Shown piece by piece: positions 41,728 to 54,861 of a DNA stretch of 64,000 nucleotides. Position 1 is the first letter of the stretch; each line of letters begins with the position of its first letter. A program made the translations under genes and the position numbers. Source of the DNA: Streptococcus sp. GTDB taxonomy: Bacteria > Bacillota > Bacilli > Lactobacillales > Streptococcaceae. Location: assembly GCA_016939315.1 (NCBI GenBank), contig JAFHAZ010000052.1, positions 100,348 to 164,347 of the forward strand, given 5' to 3'. The notes beneath the pieces were generated by a model. The model was not told where the DNA came from and made no database searches. It saw only the letters and a list, made by a program, of their open reading frames with translations.

Positions 41728-41909
41728 ATATACTCCATTTATATTTTGATTAAAACACTCCTTTCAATTTTATCATAAAATTAAGCAAAAAATCTCATTT
41801 CAAGATTGCTTTCTAGCGATTAATCCTTTCTTTCATCTCCCCCAAAATACGATAATAATGCTAACCCTAAGACTTATTAAAACTATTTGTATTTTTAGAA
41901 TATCAGACT

Positions 41910-41957
41910 AAAAAAATCCCCTACCAATTAGGAAATCACTCTAATCGATAGGGGATA
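41910..41957 (-). terminator. Probable terminator of the 42001..48105 gene
   Basis: ATCCCCTA...TAGGGGAT stem with an A run on the left. Confidence 0.6.
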
Positions 41958-42000
41958 TTTGATTATCTCGCTAGAAGATAATGATTAAACTTACTAAGAC

Positions 42001-45000
42001 TTAGAAGTCTTCACTTTCTTCTTCATCTTTCTTACGTTTAGCAAGATAGGCGAGACCTGTTGCAGTTGCCAAAGCACCAAATGCCATTGACAATGATGAG
42101 TTTTCCTCACCAGTCTTAGGAAGCGCTTGGCTACCACGTTTATGCTTAGGATCTTTCACTTCAGAAGTTGATTCTGAGGCACTCAATGAGGCAGACACTG
42201 AAGCGCTTGTTGAGGCAGAGGTTGAAATACTTGCTGAAGTACTCAATGATGTTGAAATACTTGTTGAAGTACTTGTGCTTTCAGAGGCACTCAAGAATGC
42301 TGACGCTGACTCTGATACAGAAACTGATGTGCTAGCTGATTCTGATGCAGATGCTGAAGCAGATACGCTTGATGATTCTGACGCTGATACAGAAACTGAT
42401 GCGCTCGCTGACGCTGACTCAGATGCAGAAACTGATGCGCTTGCTGATTCTGATGCAGAGACTGAAGCGGATGCGCTCGCTGACGCTGACACTGAAGCAG
42501 ATTCAGATGCGCTTACTGATTCTGACGCTGAGATTGAAGCGGATGCGCTTACTGAGACTGACGCAGAGACAGAAACTGATGTGCTTGCTGACGCCGACTC
42601 TGAGACAGAAACTGATGTGCTCGCTGATTCTGAGGCAGAGACTGAAGCGGATGTGCTTGCTGATTCTGATGCAGATACAGAAACTGATGTGCTTGTTGAT
42701 TCTGATGCAGAGACTGAGGCAGATTCAGAGGCGCTTACTGATTCTGAGACTGAGACTGATTCAGATGCACTTGTTGATTCTGAGACAGAGACTGAAGCGG
42801 ATGCAGATTCAGATGTGCTTACTGAGACTGACGCAGATGCTAAAGCAGATTCAGAGGCGCTTACTGATTCTGAGGCAGAGACTGATGTGCTCGCTGACGC
42901 TGACTCTGATACAGAAACTGATGTGCTTGCTGACGCTGACTCAGATGCTGATGTGCTTGCTAACGCTGACTCTGATACAGAAACTGATGTGCTGACTGAC
43001 GCTGACTCAGATGCTGATGTGCTTACTGAGACTGACGCAGATGCTGATGTGCTTACTGAGACTGACGCAGATGCTGATGCAGATTCTGAGGCACTTGCTG
43101 ATTCTGAGGCAGAGACTGAAGCGGATGTGCTTGCTGAAGCTGACTCAGATGCAGATGTGCTTACTGAGACTGACACAGATGCTGATGCAGATTCAGATGT
43201 GCTTGTTGATTCTGACGCAGAGGCTGAAGCAGATTCAGAGGCGCTTACTGATTCTGATGCAGAGACTGAAGCGGATACGCTCGCTGAGGCTGAAGCAGAG
43301 ACTGATGCAGATACGCTTGCTGATTCTGACTCTGATACAGAAACTGATGTGCTTGCTGACGCTGATGCTGATGCAGATTCAGATGCACTTGTTGATTCTG
43401 AGACAGAGACTGAAGCGGATGTACTTGCTGACGCTGACGCAGATGCTGACTCAGAGGCACTTGCTGATTCTGACGCTGATGCTGAAGCGGATGCACTTGC
43501 TGATTCTAACGCAGAGACTGAAGCGGATGTGCTTGCTGATTCTGACGCAGACGCTGACTCTGATGCGCTTACTGATGCAGATGCTGACTCTGATGCGCTT
43601 GCTGATTCTGAGGCACTTGCTGACTCTGAGGCACTTGCTGATTCTGATGCAGATACTGAAGCTGATGCGCTTGCTGATTCTGATGCACTTGCTGACTCTG
43701 AGGCAGAGACTGAAGCTGATGTACTTGCTGACGCTGACTCAGAGGCACTTGCTGACTCAGATGCGCTTGCTGATTCTGATGCAGAGACTGAAGATGATGT
43801 GCTTGCTGATTCTGACGCAGATGCTGACTCAGATTCTGATGCACTTGCTGACTCAGATGCGCTTGCTGATTCTGATGCAGATGCTGATGCTGACTCAGAT
43901 TCTGATGCTGAGGCACTTGCTGAGGCTGACGCTGATACTGAAGATGATGTGCTTGCTGATTCTGACGCAGAGACTGATGCAGATGTGCTTGCTGATTCTG
44001 ACGCAGAGACTGACGCAGATGCTGAAGCGGATGCGCTTGCTGACTCAGATGCAGAGACTGATGCAGATGTGCTTGCTGAGACTGACGCAGAAACTGAGTT
44101 TGAAACAGACTGTGATTCTGAGACAGAGGCACTTGTTGATGCAGACTCGGAATTTGAAACTGATTGTGATTCACTGATTGAAGCACTTACAGATGTACTT
44201 TCAGAATTAGATACTGATTGTGAGCCTGAAACAGAGGCACTCAATGACGCCGACTCACTCAATGATGCTGAGTTAGATGTTGAAATTGATTCACTAGCTG
44301 AAATAAAGCTTGAAGCCGAGTTCGAAATAGACTCAACAGTTGAAATGATTGCAGAAATTGAAGCACTGAAGGCTTGAGACTGGCTTTCAAATACAGAAGC
44401 ACTCAATGAGCTTGATGTACTCAATGATTCTGATTCAGAAGCTGAAACTGACGCACTTGTACTTCGAGATTCACTCAATGATGCAGACTCACTAGCTGAA
44501 ATTGACGCACTTACTGACGCTGACTCTGAGTTTGAAGCAGACTGTGATTCGCTTATTGATGCACTCTCTGACGCTGACTCGGAATTAGACACTGATTGTG
44601 ATTCGCTTACTGATGCACTTTCTGAAGCTGATTCTGAGTTAGACACTGATTGTGATTCTGAGATTGACTCACTTACTGACGCTGACTCTGAGTTAGATAC
44701 TGATTGTGATTCGCTTACTGATGCACTCTCTGAAGCGGATTCAGAATTAGACACTGATTGTGATTCGCTTACTGATGCACTTTCTGAAGCGGATTCTGAG
44801 TTTGAAGCAGATTGTGATTCAGAGATTGACGCACTCTCTGACGCTGATTCTGAGTTTGAAACAGACTGTGATTCTGAAACTGACGCACTCTCTGACGCTG
44901 ACTCTGAGTTTGAAACAGATTGTGATTCTGAAATTGATTCACTTACTGACGCTGATTCTGAGTTTGAAACAGACTGTGATTCTGAAACTGACGTACTTAC

Positions 45001-48000
45001 TGACGCTGATTCTGAGTTTGAAACAGACTGTGATTCTGAAACTGATGCACTCTCTGACGCTGATTCTGAAGTTGAAGCGGATTGTGATTCTGAGACAGAC
45101 GCACTTGTTGATGCTGACTCTGAGTTAGACACTGATTGTGATTCACTTACTGACGCACTTTCTGATGCTGACTCTGAGTTTGATACAGACTGTGATTCTG
45201 AGACAGACGCACTTGTTGATGCTGACTCTGAGTTAGATACTGATTGTGATTCAGAAATTGATTCACTTACTGACGCTGACTCTGAGTTTGAAGCAGACTG
45301 TGATTCAGAAACTGATGCACTTTCTGAGGCTGATTCTGAGTTTGAAACAGACTGTGATTCTGAAACTGACGCACTCTCTGATGCTGATTCTGAGTTAGAC
45401 ACTGATTGTGATTCACTTACTGACGCACTTTCTGAGGCTGACTCTGAGTTTGAAACAGACTGTGATTCTGAAACTGATGCACTTTCTGAGGCTGATTCTG
45501 AGTTTGAAGCAGACTGTGATTCTGAAACTGATGCACTTTCTGACGCTGATTCTGAGTTTGATACAGACTGTGATTCGCTTACTGATGCACTCTCTGACGC
45601 TGACTCTGAATTAGAAACAGACTGTGATTCTGAAATTGATTCACTTTCTGAAGTTGAAACTGAGTTTGAAGCAGATTGTGATGTCGATGTTGATTCACTT
45701 TCTGAGGTAGAAACTGAATTTGACTCGGATTGTGATGTTGATGTTGACGCACTTTCTGAAGTCGAAACTGAGTTTGACTCGGATTGCGATGTTGACGTTG
45801 ACTCACTCTCTGAAGTTGAAACTGAGTTTGACTCAGATTGTGACGCTGATGTTGATTCACTTTCTGAAGCTGAAACTGAATTCGATTCGGATTGTGACGC
45901 TGACGTTGATTCACTTTCTGAAGTAGAAACTGAGTTTGATTCGGATTGTGATGTTGACGTTGACTCACTCTCTGAAGTCGAAACTGAGTTTGACTCGGAT
46001 TGTGATGTCGATGTCGATTCACTCTCTGAGGCTGACTCGTAATTTGAGATTGTTTGAGAGATCGATGTTGACACACTTACTGAGGCTGAAGTTGAGTTCG
46101 ACTCAGACTGAGATGTTGACGTTGATGCACTTTCTGAAGCTGAGACTGAATTTGACTCCAACTGTGATGTTGATGTTGACGCACTTTCTGAGGCTGAAGT
46201 TGAGTTCGATTCAGACTGTGATGTTGATGTTGACGCACTTTCTGAAGCTGAGACTGAATTTGACTCCAACTGTGATGTTGATGTTGACGCACTTACTGAG
46301 GCTGAAGTTGAGTTCGACTCAGACTGAGATGTTGACGTTGATGCACTTTCTGAAGCTGAGACTGAATTTGACTCTAACTGTGATGCGCTCACTGATGCAC
46401 TTGTTGAGGCACTTTCAAAAAGACTTTCTGAAACACTCTCTGAAAGGGATGCTGATGCTTTCTCTGATTGAGAAAGAGAAGATGAGACAACCTCTGACTC
46501 AGATGCTGAAACTGATGCAGATTCTATCTTACTTGTTGATACTAATTGAGACTCTACTGTTGAAGTACTTTCTACGATGCTTTGAGAAGCACTTAGAGAT
46601 GCACTCGTTGTATCAGCTTCAGATTCAGACTCGATAACCTGACTACCATTAAAGAAGTTAACGGCAATCGTATCAGTCTTACCTGCATAAGGTGAGAATG
46701 TGAAGGAAGTATCGTCACCAGTGATTTTAGCAGTCCAAGTTGTTGTCAGACCATAGCTTTGCTTAGCCTGGTAACCATTCATTTGGAAACCTTGGCCCCA
46801 ACTGTAGCCACTACTATCAGATGTTACTGGTGTTGTATTAGCCTTAGGATTTGCAATTTGGTTACCATTTTTATCTGTAATATAAGACGTTACGCTTGTT
46901 GGAGCACTAAGTCCTTTACCAAGGGTAAACATCGTTTGTGTTGATGTCCCTGTATTATAGATAGAATATCCAGGACCCATCTTCGAAATGTTTCCAAGGG
47001 TTGATGTTGCAGGATTAACATAGGAAACAGTGTAGACAAAATTCAGATTTGTTCCGTCATTTGTCACTTTCAATGTATAGTAAATTGGAACATTATAGTT
47101 TGAGTCTGTTCCAGTTCCTGTATACACCTTAGTTTCACCAGTCGCTAGGTTAAGGTTTGAAGTGATAGCTGGAGTGCCATTCACTGTAGAGTTACCATTG
47201 AAACCAGCATTTGTCAGCTTGGTCATCATGTTATCGACGGCATTACCAAGACGCTCACGCTGTTCTGCGTAAGCTGCGTTTGTTGCTGATGCCGCGATCA
47301 ATGTCGTTGACTTAGTGACTTCTTCTTGAACGGTTGTAATAGCTGTTTGAATTTCAGCCTTAGCAGCTGTGTCTGTCAATTTTGCTTGGTAGTTTTTAGC
47401 AATATTAACAAGCAATTCTGCTTCTGAAACGTTTTGGTCCAAAACAGATTTTTCATCATCATGGCTTGCAGTTTCTGAAGCAACTGAGCTTGTTGAAGTT
47501 GCTGAATCAGAAGCTGATTCTGAGTTTGAACCACTTGTACTTTCAGTTTGTGATTGGCTATTAGAAGTTGAATTCTCTTTGCTGAGTGATGCAGATTCAG
47601 AGATAGCTTGTGACAATTCAGCAGAAATTGATTGAGACACAGATTCTGATACTGAAACTGATGCTTCTGTGCTTGCTTGAGCATCAACTGAAGAGCTTGT
47701 AGACTCTTGGCTTGTTGATGCTACTTCTGAAGTTTCAGAAGCTGGTGCTGCACTCAATACCACTGACTCAGAGTTGGCTGCCACATCTTGATTAGCAGTT
47801 ACTTGGCTTTCCAAAGCCGGAGTTGTCGTCTCTTCCGCTTGAGCAGTGTAAGTCGCTACTGCTCCTCCAGCTACTGCACCTGCTGCTGCAATTCCTTTAA
47901 GGAGAGCTTGCCCTGAGAGAAGCGGTGTTTTTTCTTCAACACTTTGCGCTGAAACTGATGGTGCGTCTGTCCCACCTTTAACAACCTTGAAAAGTCCAAA

Positions 48001-48105
48001 GTTAGATGTCGCAGCACGAAGCCATTGCTTACCTGATTTAATCAACTTAAAACGAGTCACGCGATCAGTTTCGCGGTATTCCCCTTCATTTCTTCTAAAA
48101 AACAT
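42001..48105 (-). CDS. Serine-rich repeat glycoprotein adhesin (2034 aa) with PsrP-like binding region
   Basis: [11 protein letters not shown] signal, binding region [14 protein letters not shown]...[16 protein letters not shown] repeats, LPKTG anchor. Confidence 0.93.
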   Translation of the reverse strand: MFFRRNEGEYRETDRVTRFKLIKSGKQWLRAATSNFGLFKVVKGGTDAPSVSAQSVEEKTPLLSGQALLKGIAAAGAVAGGAVATYTAQAEETTTPALESQVTANQDVAANSESVVLSAAPASETSEVASTSQESTSSSVDAQASTEASVSVSESVSQSISAELSQAISESASLSKENSTSNSQSQTESTSGSNSESASDSATSTSSVASETASHDDEKSVLDQNVSEAELLVNIAKNYQAKLTDTAAKAEIQTAITTVQEEVTKSTTLIAASATNAAYAEQRERLGNAVDNMMTKLTNAGFNGNSTVNGTPAITSNLNLATGETKVYTGTGTDSNYNVPIYYTLKVTNDGTNLNFVYTVSYVNPATSTLGNISKMGPGYSIYNTGTSTQTMFTLGKGLSAPTSVTSYITDKNGNQIANPKANTTPVTSDSSGYSWGQGFQMNGYQAKQSYGLTTTWTAKITGDDTSFTFSPYAGKTDTIAVNFFNGSQVIESESEADTTSASLSASQSIVESTSTVESQLVSTSKIESASVSASESEVVSSSLSQSEKASASLSESVSESLFESASTSASVSASQLESNSVSASESASTSTSQSESNSTSASVSASTSTSQLESNSVSASESASTSTSQSESNSTSASESASTSTSQLESNSVSASESASTSTSQSESNSTSASVSVSTSISQTISNYESASESESTSTSQSESNSVSTSESESTSTSQSESNSVSTSESESTSASQSESNSVSASESESTSASQSESNSVSTSESESTSTSQSESNSVSTSESASTSTSQSESNSVSTSESESTSTSQSASNSVSTSESESISESQSVSNSESASESASVSESQSVSNSESASESASVSESQSASNSESASESASVSESQSVSNSESASESASVSESQSVSNSESASESASVSESQSVSNSESASESASVSESQSASNSESASVSESISESQSVSNSESASTSASVSESQSVSNSESASESASVSESQSVSNSESASTSASVSESQSASTSESASESASVSESQSVSNSESASVSTSVSESQSVSNSESASVSESISESQSVSNSESASESASVSESQSVSNSESASESASISESQSASNSESASESASVSESQSVSNSESASESASVSESQSVSNSESASVSESISESQSVSNSESASESASVSESQSVSNSESASESASISESQSASNSESASVSASISASESASLSESRSTSASVSASESESLSTSSSLSASVFESQSQAFSASISAIISTVESISNSASSFISASESISTSNSASLSESASLSASVSGSQSVSNSESTSVSASISESQSVSNSESASTSASVSESQSVSNSVSASVSASTSASVSASESASASASASASVSASESASTSASVSASESASTSSSVSASASASASASESESASASASESASASESASASESESASASESASTSSSVSASESASASESASASESASASTSASVSASESASASESASASASVSASESASASESASASESASASESASASVSASESASASESASTSASVSALESASASASASASESASASESASASASASTSASVSVSESTSASESASASASASTSVSVSESESASVSASVSASASASVSASVSASESVSASESASASASESTSTSESASASVSVSVSTSASESASASTSASVSASESASASESASASASVSVSTSASASVSVSTSASESASVSTSVSVSESALASTSASESASASTSVSVSESASASTSVSASESVSASESALASASVSVSTSESASASVSVSESTSASESVSVSESVSASESASVSASESTSTSVSVSASESASTSASVSASESASTSVSVSESASASTSVSVSASVSVSASASISASESVSASESASVSASASASASVSASESASASVSASESASASASVSVSASESSSVSASASASESASTSVSVSESASAFLSASESTSTSTSISTSLSTSASISTSASTSASVSASLSASESTSEVKDPKHKRGSQALPKTGEENSSLSMAFGALATATGLAYLAKRKKDEEESEDF

Positions 48106-48431
48106 ATCTACTCCATTCTGTTTTTATGAATTAAAACTCACTGACAAATTTTATCATAAAATTCTTGTAAGTTCTAATATAAACTATTATTTCCCTCAAA
48201 AATGATTGCAAACGCTTTATGCTGTATAAATACTGAAAATGCTTATTTTATAGTATTTTCATCCACCTTACATTTTGTAAAACAAAACTTAAAGTTGTCT
48301 TAAAATTCAAAGTCTACTTCTTCCACATCTAAGATTTTAGCTTACTAAACTAAGCCTTTACTCTCTAATACTAAGCCTAAATGAGACTTAGACTAACGTT
48401 TAAGACACCCTCTCTCATTTTCAAACACGAC

Positions 48432-48465
48432 AAAAAGACACATCCCATATCGGAATGTGTCTTTT
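48432..48465 (-). terminator. Terminator of the 48560..54370 gene
   Basis: AAAAAGACACAT...ATGTGTCTTTTT. Confidence 0.8.
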
Positions 48466-48559
48466 TAGAACGAAGCTAATCGGCTTATTCTTACTTAAGA
48501 GTAGTTAGTTTTTATTAGGACTAGTCACTCATAAGTTTTAGGGGTAAGTCGAAGGAATA

Positions 48560-51500
48560 TTATTCCTCAGTTTTTTTGCGTTTTGCCGCAAGAGCCAATC
48601 CAGATGCAGTTGCAAGCAATCCAAGAGCTGCTGTAGCTGCTACGTTAGACTCTTCACCAGTGTTTGGCAATTGTGCCATTTCTTGTGCAGGTTTAACTGG
48701 AGTAGCTTTAGCTGGAGCTTTAGGAGCTGGATCAACTGGTTTACCTGGAGTTGGTTGTTCAGGTTTACCTGGAGTTGGTGTTACTGGTTTTTCTGGAGTT
48801 GTATCGACAAGTTTGTAAACGTAAGTTACGTTCTTATCACCTTCGATAACTTTACCAGTTACTGGGTCAGTTGTTGTCAAGTGACCATCTCCATCTACAG
48901 AACCTACTGGGTAGTTACCTTGTGGTACCAATTCGTAAACCTTACCATCAGCAGTAACAATTGTCTTAGGACGGTTATCAATTACTGTATCGTAATCTTT
49001 ACCTACTGGTTGACCAAATTCATCTGTTACAGATTGTTTAATAGTGTTACCATTTTCATCTACATAGTGAACGTAAACATTACCCTTAGGTTGTGCTGGT
49101 TGTTCTTTGAGTTTGTAGATGTAAGTTACGTCTTTACGTCCTTCGATAACTTTACCTGTTGTAGCGTCAGATGACTCAAGGTGACCTTGTCCATCAACTT
49201 TACCTACAGTGTAGTTACCTGCTGGTACCAATTCGTAAACTTTACCATCAGTTGTTGTGATAGTCTTAGGACGATTGTCTACTACTGTATCGTAGTCTTT
49301 ATCGACTGGTTGATCTTTTTCATCAACAACTGAAGTCTTGATTGTGTTACCTTCAGTATCTTTATAGTGAACGTAAACGTCACCTTTCACTTCTTTGTAG
49401 ACGTAAGTGATGATTGAACGTGGTTTATCAACTTTACCTTTAATTGGGTCAGATGATTCAAGGTGTCCATCGCCATCAACTTTACCTACTGGGTAGTCAC
49501 CTTTCGGTACGATCTTGTATGTCTTACCGTCTGGAGTCTTGATTGTATTAGGTTTTTCACCTTCCTCAGTTGTGTTATATGGAGTATCATATGGTGAGTT
49601 TGGTGTGTCTTGACGAGGTTTCTTGATTTCTTTACCTTTTTCGTCTACGTAAGTGATGATTACGTCACCTTCTTTAGGTTTCGTTGGATCTTCTTTAAGT
49701 TTGTAGACGTAAGTTACGTTCTTGTCGCCTTCGATAACTTTACCTGTTGTAGTGTCATCACCTGTCCAGTGACCTTGTTCGTCGACTTGACCTACTTTGT
49801 AGTTACCTGCTGGTACCAATTCGTATGTCTTACCTTGGAATTCGATTTCTTTTGGACGGTTATCTACAACTGTATCGTAGTCTTTACCTACTGGTTGATC
49901 TTTTTCATCTGTTACAGATGCTTTGATTGTATTACCATCAGTATCTACATAGTGAACGTAAACATTACCCTTAGGTTGTGCTGGTTGTTCTTTAAGTTTG
50001 TAGATGTAAGTAACATCTTTACGTCCTTCGATAACTTTACCTGTTGTAGCATCTGATGACTCAAGGTGACCTTGTTCGTCAACTTTACCTACATTGTAGT
50101 TACCTGCTGGTACCAATTCATATGTCTTACCATTGTATTGGATTTCTTTTGGACGGTTGTCAATTACTGTATCGTAATCTTTATCAACTGGTTGATCTTT
50201 TTCGTCAGTGACATCATCTTTAATTGTGTTACCGTCAGTGTCTTTATAGTGAACGTAAACGTCACCCTTCACTTCTTTATAAACGTAAGTGATTGTTGAT
50301 TTAGGTTTATCAACTTTACCTTTAATTGGATCAGATGATTCAAGGTGTCCGTCACCGTCAACTTTACCTACTGGGTAGTCACCTTTTGGTACGATCTTGT
50401 ATGTCTTACCGTCTGGAGTCTTGATTGTGTTAGGTTTTTCACCTTCCTCAGTTGTGTTATATGGAGTGTCATATGGTGAGTTTGGTGTATCTTGACGTGG
50501 TTTTTGGATTTCTTTACCATCATTCTCACGGATGTAAGTGATGATTACTTCACCAACTTTAGGAGTTTCACTTTCAGACATTGATTCAGAAATTGAAGCT
50601 GAAGTTGATTCTGAGCTTGAAAGTGATTCTGAAACTGAAGTTGAAGTTGATGTAGATTCTGAAAGGCTAGCAGATGCTGAGTATGATTCAGAAGCTGATA
50701 CTGATTCAGATACAGAAGTTGATTCTGAAGAGCTTGCTGATTCTGATGCAGATACTGAAGCTGATGCGCTTGCTGATTCTGATGCAGATAATGAAGCTGA
50801 TGTGCTTGCTGACTCAGATGTGCTTGCTGATTCTGATGCAGATGCTGAAGCTGATGCACTTGCTGATTCTGATGCAGATACTGAAGCTGATGTGCTTGCT
50901 GATTCTGATGCAGATGCTGATTCTGATGCAGATGCTGACTCAGATGCGCTTGCTGATTCTGATGCAGATGCTGACTCAGATGCACTTGCTGATTCTGACG
51001 CAGATGCTGAAGCTGACTCAGATGCACTTGCTGATTCTGAATCACTCAATGAAGCTGATTCTGACGCTGATGCTGACTCAGAAGAAGATGTTGATTCAGA
51101 TTCTGAGTTATTTGTAACAATTGAAGTTGACTCAGAGAGTGAAAGTGAAACTGAGATAGATTCTGAAGTTGAAACTGACTCAGATGTGCTTGCTGATTCT
51201 GACGCAGACGCTGACTCAGATGCGCTTGCTGATTCTGATGCAGATACTGAAGCTGATGTGCTTGCTGATTCTGATGCAGATGCTGAAGCTGATGCACTTG
51301 CTGATTCTGACGCTGATGCTGACTCAGATGCGCTTGCTGATTCTGATGCAGATACTGAAGCTGATGTGCTTGCTGATTCTGATGCAGATGTTGATGCTGA
51401 CACAGATGCACTTGCTGATTCTGATGCAGATACTGAAGCTGATGCGCTTGCTGATTCTGATGCAGATGCTGAAGCTGACTCAGATGCACTTGCTGATTCT

Positions 51501-54370
51501 GATGCAGATGTTGATGCTGACTCAGATGCAGATTCAGACGCACTTGCTGATTCTGATGCAGATGTTGATGCTGATTCAGATGCTGACGCTGAAGCTGATT
51601 CTTGTGCAGATGTTGATGATGACTCAGATGCAGATGCTGAAGCTGATTCCTGAGCTGATGTAGAAGCTGATTCTGATTGTGATTCAGATACACTTGCTGA
51701 TGCAACTTCTGATTGGCTCAATGATGCAGATGCAGATTCAGAACGAGATTGCGATTCTGATGTAGTATCAGATGCTGATTGTGAAAGACTTGCAGAAGTC
51801 GATTGTGATACAGACTGTGATTTAGACACTACTTCTGATTCTGATTGTGACACTGATTGTGATTTAGAAACCACTTCTGATTCTGATACAGATTGTGACT
51901 TAGACGCTACTTCTGATTCTGATGAAGATTGTGATTTAGACACTACTTCTGACTCGGATTGCGAGTTTGATACAGAGTTTGAGAATGATTGTGATTGAGA
52001 AGCTGATTCTGAATCACCCAATTTCTCGAAGTAATAGTTCACATCAGTTGATGGTTTAACTGCTGACGGAATTGAGTAGTTGTTTGAGAATGAAGTATAA
52101 CCTTTTAGATTAGTGTAAGTAATGCTACCGTCTGGTTGCGTTACTTTAGAATCGGCAACGATATCAGCATTACGTCCGGCAATCAAGTTCCATTTATTAT
52201 TTCCTTGACCAGCTGGTGTCAATGATGCGTCTGGTGCACCAGTAAACGGTTTATCAAAAGCTTCAGTCAGTTTTGTTTCATCGTGCGTAAGGTTAACTTT
52301 TTCTGTATTAGAAAACCAACCAGTAATAACGAGCGATTTGCTTCCAGCAGTTTCAGTGACATCAATATGGTAGTCACCGTTTTTACTGTTTACTCTTGTA
52401 ACTTTAGACTCATCAGCCTTCCACTCTTCACCAGCTTTATTTACTTTACTTGTGTAAATAAGTGTGTATTTCGATACATCTTCTGTACCAACATCACTTG
52501 AAGTGAAGTTGCTTACTTGTGATGGGTCAAGAGCATAGAATTTTGTAACAGTTGAACCTTCCGTATCAACGATTTCAGAGATACGTTTTACATAGTAGTG
52601 GTTTGCTCCACCTTGTAGTTCGACCAATTTTTGACCAACAACACCCTTACCAAGGATACCAGATGTTTTTTGAGTTGAGTCAGTTGTTGCTGCTACATGT
52701 TTGTAACCAAGGATGTCACGGTTGCCAGAAGCTGTAAATTGTTGACCTGCAAGACCGGTTTGTGTATAGCTTGCTAAATCTGTTTCATTTCCAGTAGGTT
52801 TGTATAATTGACCTGGAGTAGAACTTCCTTGGATAAGCTTATAGTGAGTTGTTTGCTCAACTGTTGCATAAGGAACAGAAGTTTGAACGTTTGGCTTGTC
52901 TTCACCTACGTTACCTGGGTAGTTGGTATCACGGATTTGAAGCGTTTCATACTCAAGGTTAGCATTTACCAATGAGAAGGTAACGTTACCTGGATCAGTT
53001 CCGTTAGCACCTTTGTAAGTCAAAGTGTTAGTTACATCAGAGTTGTTGTTAGTGATGTAACTTGGAAGTGAGATGTTGCTTTCTCCAGCTTTGATGGTAC
53101 GAGTGTAAACCTCTGATCCATCAGATTTCTTCACAATACGCAAGTAAACATCTGGATTAGCTGAAAGGCTACCAGTGATGGCTGAACGATCTACTGAAAG
53201 AGTAGCATAATAATCAAAGTTTGTTTTAGCTCCAGTAGCGTGGTTAGTTTTAAGGAATTGCCATACACCGAAAGTGAAGCGATCAGCGTTTGGATCCAAA
53301 GCATAACCTGCTTCGTTAAAGGCAGCATCTTCAATCGTTGCACCGTTTGGATTTGAGATAACTGGGATAGTATCTACACTACCAGTAGTGCTGGTTGAGA
53401 TTGGTGCCAACTGTGCAGTAACTGCTGCAACACCGTTAACTACTGAGTTACCTGTGAAGCCGTTGTCAGTGATCTTAGTCATCATGTTGTCAACAGCGTT
53501 ACCAAGGCGCTCACGTTGTTCTGCGTAAGCAGCGTTTGTTGCTGATGCAGCAAGCAATGTTGTTGATTTAGCAACTTCTTCTTGAACTGTTGCGATAGCA
53601 GTTTGGATTTCAGCTTTAGCAGCTGTATCAGTCAACTTAGCTTGGTAGTCTTTAGCGATATTTACAAGCAATTCTGCTTCTGAAACGTTTTGATCCAAGA
53701 TAGTTTTTTCATCTTCTTGAGTAGCTGTTTCTGATGCAGTTGCAGCTGTTGAAGTTGCTGATTCTGAAGCTGAAGATGATTCTGAGTTTGAACCACTGTT
53801 GCTTTCAGTGTGTGATTGGCTTTCAGAAGTTGAGTTCACTTTGCTAAGTGATACAGATTCTGAGATAGCTTGTGACAATTCTGCTGATACAGATTGTGAT
53901 ACTGAAACTGAAGCATCTGTGCTTGCTTGAGCGTCAACTGAAGAGCTTGTAGACTCTTGGCTTGTTGATGCTACTGCTGGAGCTTCTGAAGCTACTGTTT
54001 CAGATACTGGAGCAGCGCTCAATACAGCCGCCTCAGAGTTTGCCAATACGTCATGGTTTGTAGTTGCTTGGCTTTCCATAGCTGGTGCAGTTGTTTCTTC
54101 GGCTTGAGCAGTGTAAGTTGCTACTGCGCCACCTGCCACAGCACCTGCTGCTGCAATCCCTTTAAGAAGAGCTGTACCTGAAAGAAGTGAAGATTTTTCT
54201 TCTACATTTTGAACTGTTACTGACGGAGCATCTGCGCCACCTTTAACAACTTTGAAAAGTCCAAAGTTAGATGTTGCAGCACGAAGCCAGTTTTTACCCG
54301 ATTTGATAAGTTTGAAGCGAGTCACGCGATCAGTTTCGCGGAATTCACCTTCGTTACGTCTAAAAAACAT
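48560..54370 (-). CDS. Serine-rich repeat glycoprotein adhesin (1936 aa) with six C-terminal MucBP-like repeats
   Basis: [11 protein letters not shown] signal, ~560-aa non-repeat region, SASESA repeats, repeats G.VYVHY.D..GNTIK...VTYVYK, Pro-rich stalk, LPNTG anchor; GGAGG RBS. Confidence 0.93.
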   Translation of the reverse strand: MFFRRNEGEFRETDRVTRFKLIKSGKNWLRAATSNFGLFKVVKGGADAPSVTVQNVEEKSSLLSGTALLKGIAAAGAVAGGAVATYTAQAEETTAPAMESQATTNHDVLANSEAAVLSAAPVSETVASEAPAVASTSQESTSSSVDAQASTDASVSVSQSVSAELSQAISESVSLSKVNSTSESQSHTESNSGSNSESSSASESATSTAATASETATQEDEKTILDQNVSEAELLVNIAKDYQAKLTDTAAKAEIQTAIATVQEEVAKSTTLLAASATNAAYAEQRERLGNAVDNMMTKITDNGFTGNSVVNGVAAVTAQLAPISTSTTGSVDTIPVISNPNGATIEDAAFNEAGYALDPNADRFTFGVWQFLKTNHATGAKTNFDYYATLSVDRSAITGSLSANPDVYLRIVKKSDGSEVYTRTIKAGESNISLPSYITNNNSDVTNTLTYKGANGTDPGNVTFSLVNANLEYETLQIRDTNYPGNVGEDKPNVQTSVPYATVEQTTHYKLIQGSSTPGQLYKPTGNETDLASYTQTGLAGQQFTASGNRDILGYKHVAATTDSTQKTSGILGKGVVGQKLVELQGGANHYYVKRISEIVDTEGSTVTKFYALDPSQVSNFTSSDVGTEDVSKYTLIYTSKVNKAGEEWKADESKVTRVNSKNGDYHIDVTETAGSKSLVITGWFSNTEKVNLTHDETKLTEAFDKPFTGAPDASLTPAGQGNNKWNLIAGRNADIVADSKVTQPDGSITYTNLKGYTSFSNNYSIPSAVKPSTDVNYYFEKLGDSESASQSQSFSNSVSNSQSESEVVSKSQSSSESEVASKSQSVSESEVVSKSQSVSQSESEVVSKSQSVSQSTSASLSQSASDTTSESQSRSESASASLSQSEVASASVSESQSESASTSAQESASASASESSSTSAQESASASASESASTSASESASASESASESASTSASESASASESASASASESASASASVSASESASASVSASTSASESASTSASVSASESASASESASASESASASASASASESASTSASVSASESASASESASASESASTSESVSTSESISVSLSLSESTSIVTNNSESESTSSSESASASESASLSDSESASASESASASASESASASESASASESASASESASASESASASESASTSASVSASESASASASASASESASTSESASTSASLSASESASASASVSASESASSSESTSVSESVSASESYSASASLSESTSTSTSVSESLSSSESTSASISESMSESETPKVGEVIITYIRENDGKEIQKPRQDTPNSPYDTPYNTTEEGEKPNTIKTPDGKTYKIVPKGDYPVGKVDGDGHLESSDPIKGKVDKPKSTITYVYKEVKGDVYVHYKDTDGNTIKDDVTDEKDQPVDKDYDTVIDNRPKEIQYNGKTYELVPAGNYNVGKVDEQGHLESSDATTGKVIEGRKDVTYIYKLKEQPAQPKGNVYVHYVDTDGNTIKASVTDEKDQPVGKDYDTVVDNRPKEIEFQGKTYELVPAGNYKVGQVDEQGHWTGDDTTTGKVIEGDKNVTYVYKLKEDPTKPKEGDVIITYVDEKGKEIKKPRQDTPNSPYDTPYNTTEEGEKPNTIKTPDGKTYKIVPKGDYPVGKVDGDGHLESSDPIKGKVDKPRSIITYVYKEVKGDVYVHYKDTEGNTIKTSVVDEKDQPVDKDYDTVVDNRPKTITTTDGKVYELVPAGNYTVGKVDGQGHLESSDATTGKVIEGRKDVTYIYKLKEQPAQPKGNVYVHYVDENGNTIKQSVTDEFGQPVGKDYDTVIDNRPKTIVTADGKVYELVPQGNYPVGSVDGDGHLTTTDPVTGKVIEGDKNVTYVYKLVDTTPEKPVTPTPGKPEQPTPGKPVDPAPKAPAKATPVKPAQEMAQLPNTGEESNVAATAALGLLATASGLALAAKRKKTEE

Positions 54371-54828
54371 ATTTACCTCCTAAAAAATATGAGTTATTTC
54401 CTAATCTGGAAATTACAATTTATAATATAACACAAGTTAACTAAAAATTGTTCTTTTTTATCTCATTTTCTCCAAAAAATGTAAGGTTTTCGCAATTCTG
54501 AATTTTCTGATTACTGTAAACAATTACCCTTATTTTTATGTGCAAACGGTTGAAATCCCCTATTTTATGCTATTTGTTTCTATTATTCTCATTTTTAAGC
54601 TGACTATCGTTCGGTTTAAAATTATCCAACAATTCCATTTTTGATAAATTATCACACAATTACAATCAATTGTTTTAGGCGAATTCTTTACATCTGTTAA
54701 GCTATTATTGGCTATTTTTTAACATTAATCCTAATTAGAGACAGGTCTTCCTTAAATCCTTAAGTCTAAAGTAAAAATGATTTGAATGATTTATAAAAAG
54801 TCAAGATTTATGCTCAGATTTGTCACAA

Positions 54829-54858
54829 AAAAAGGATTACCTTTCGATAATCCTTTTT
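54829..54858 (-). terminator. Terminator of the accessory Sec operon
   Basis: AAAAAGGATTA-cctttcga-TAATCCTTTTT just after the gtf3 stop. Confidence 0.8.
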
Positions 54859-54861
54859 CTA

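Noticed and set aside
35600..45640. Regular 54-bp and 96-bp repeats resembling a CRISPR or satellite array
   Set aside because: In-frame coding repeats with synonymous variation, no unique spacers and no cas genes.
48349..48378. Direct repeat ACTAAGCCT with 21-bp period upstream of the middle SRRP gene
   Set aside because: Only two copies, far from the -10, and not clearly conserved at the other SRRP promoters.
33665..51705. Long plus-strand ORFs (for example 33665..35464, 36236..37708, 42275..44377, 50538..51653) and Gln/His- or Leu/Met-rich alternate frames
   Set aside because: Shadows of the serine-repeat codons (TCA/GAA/GCA patterns lack stops in other frames); no RBS or independent domain content.
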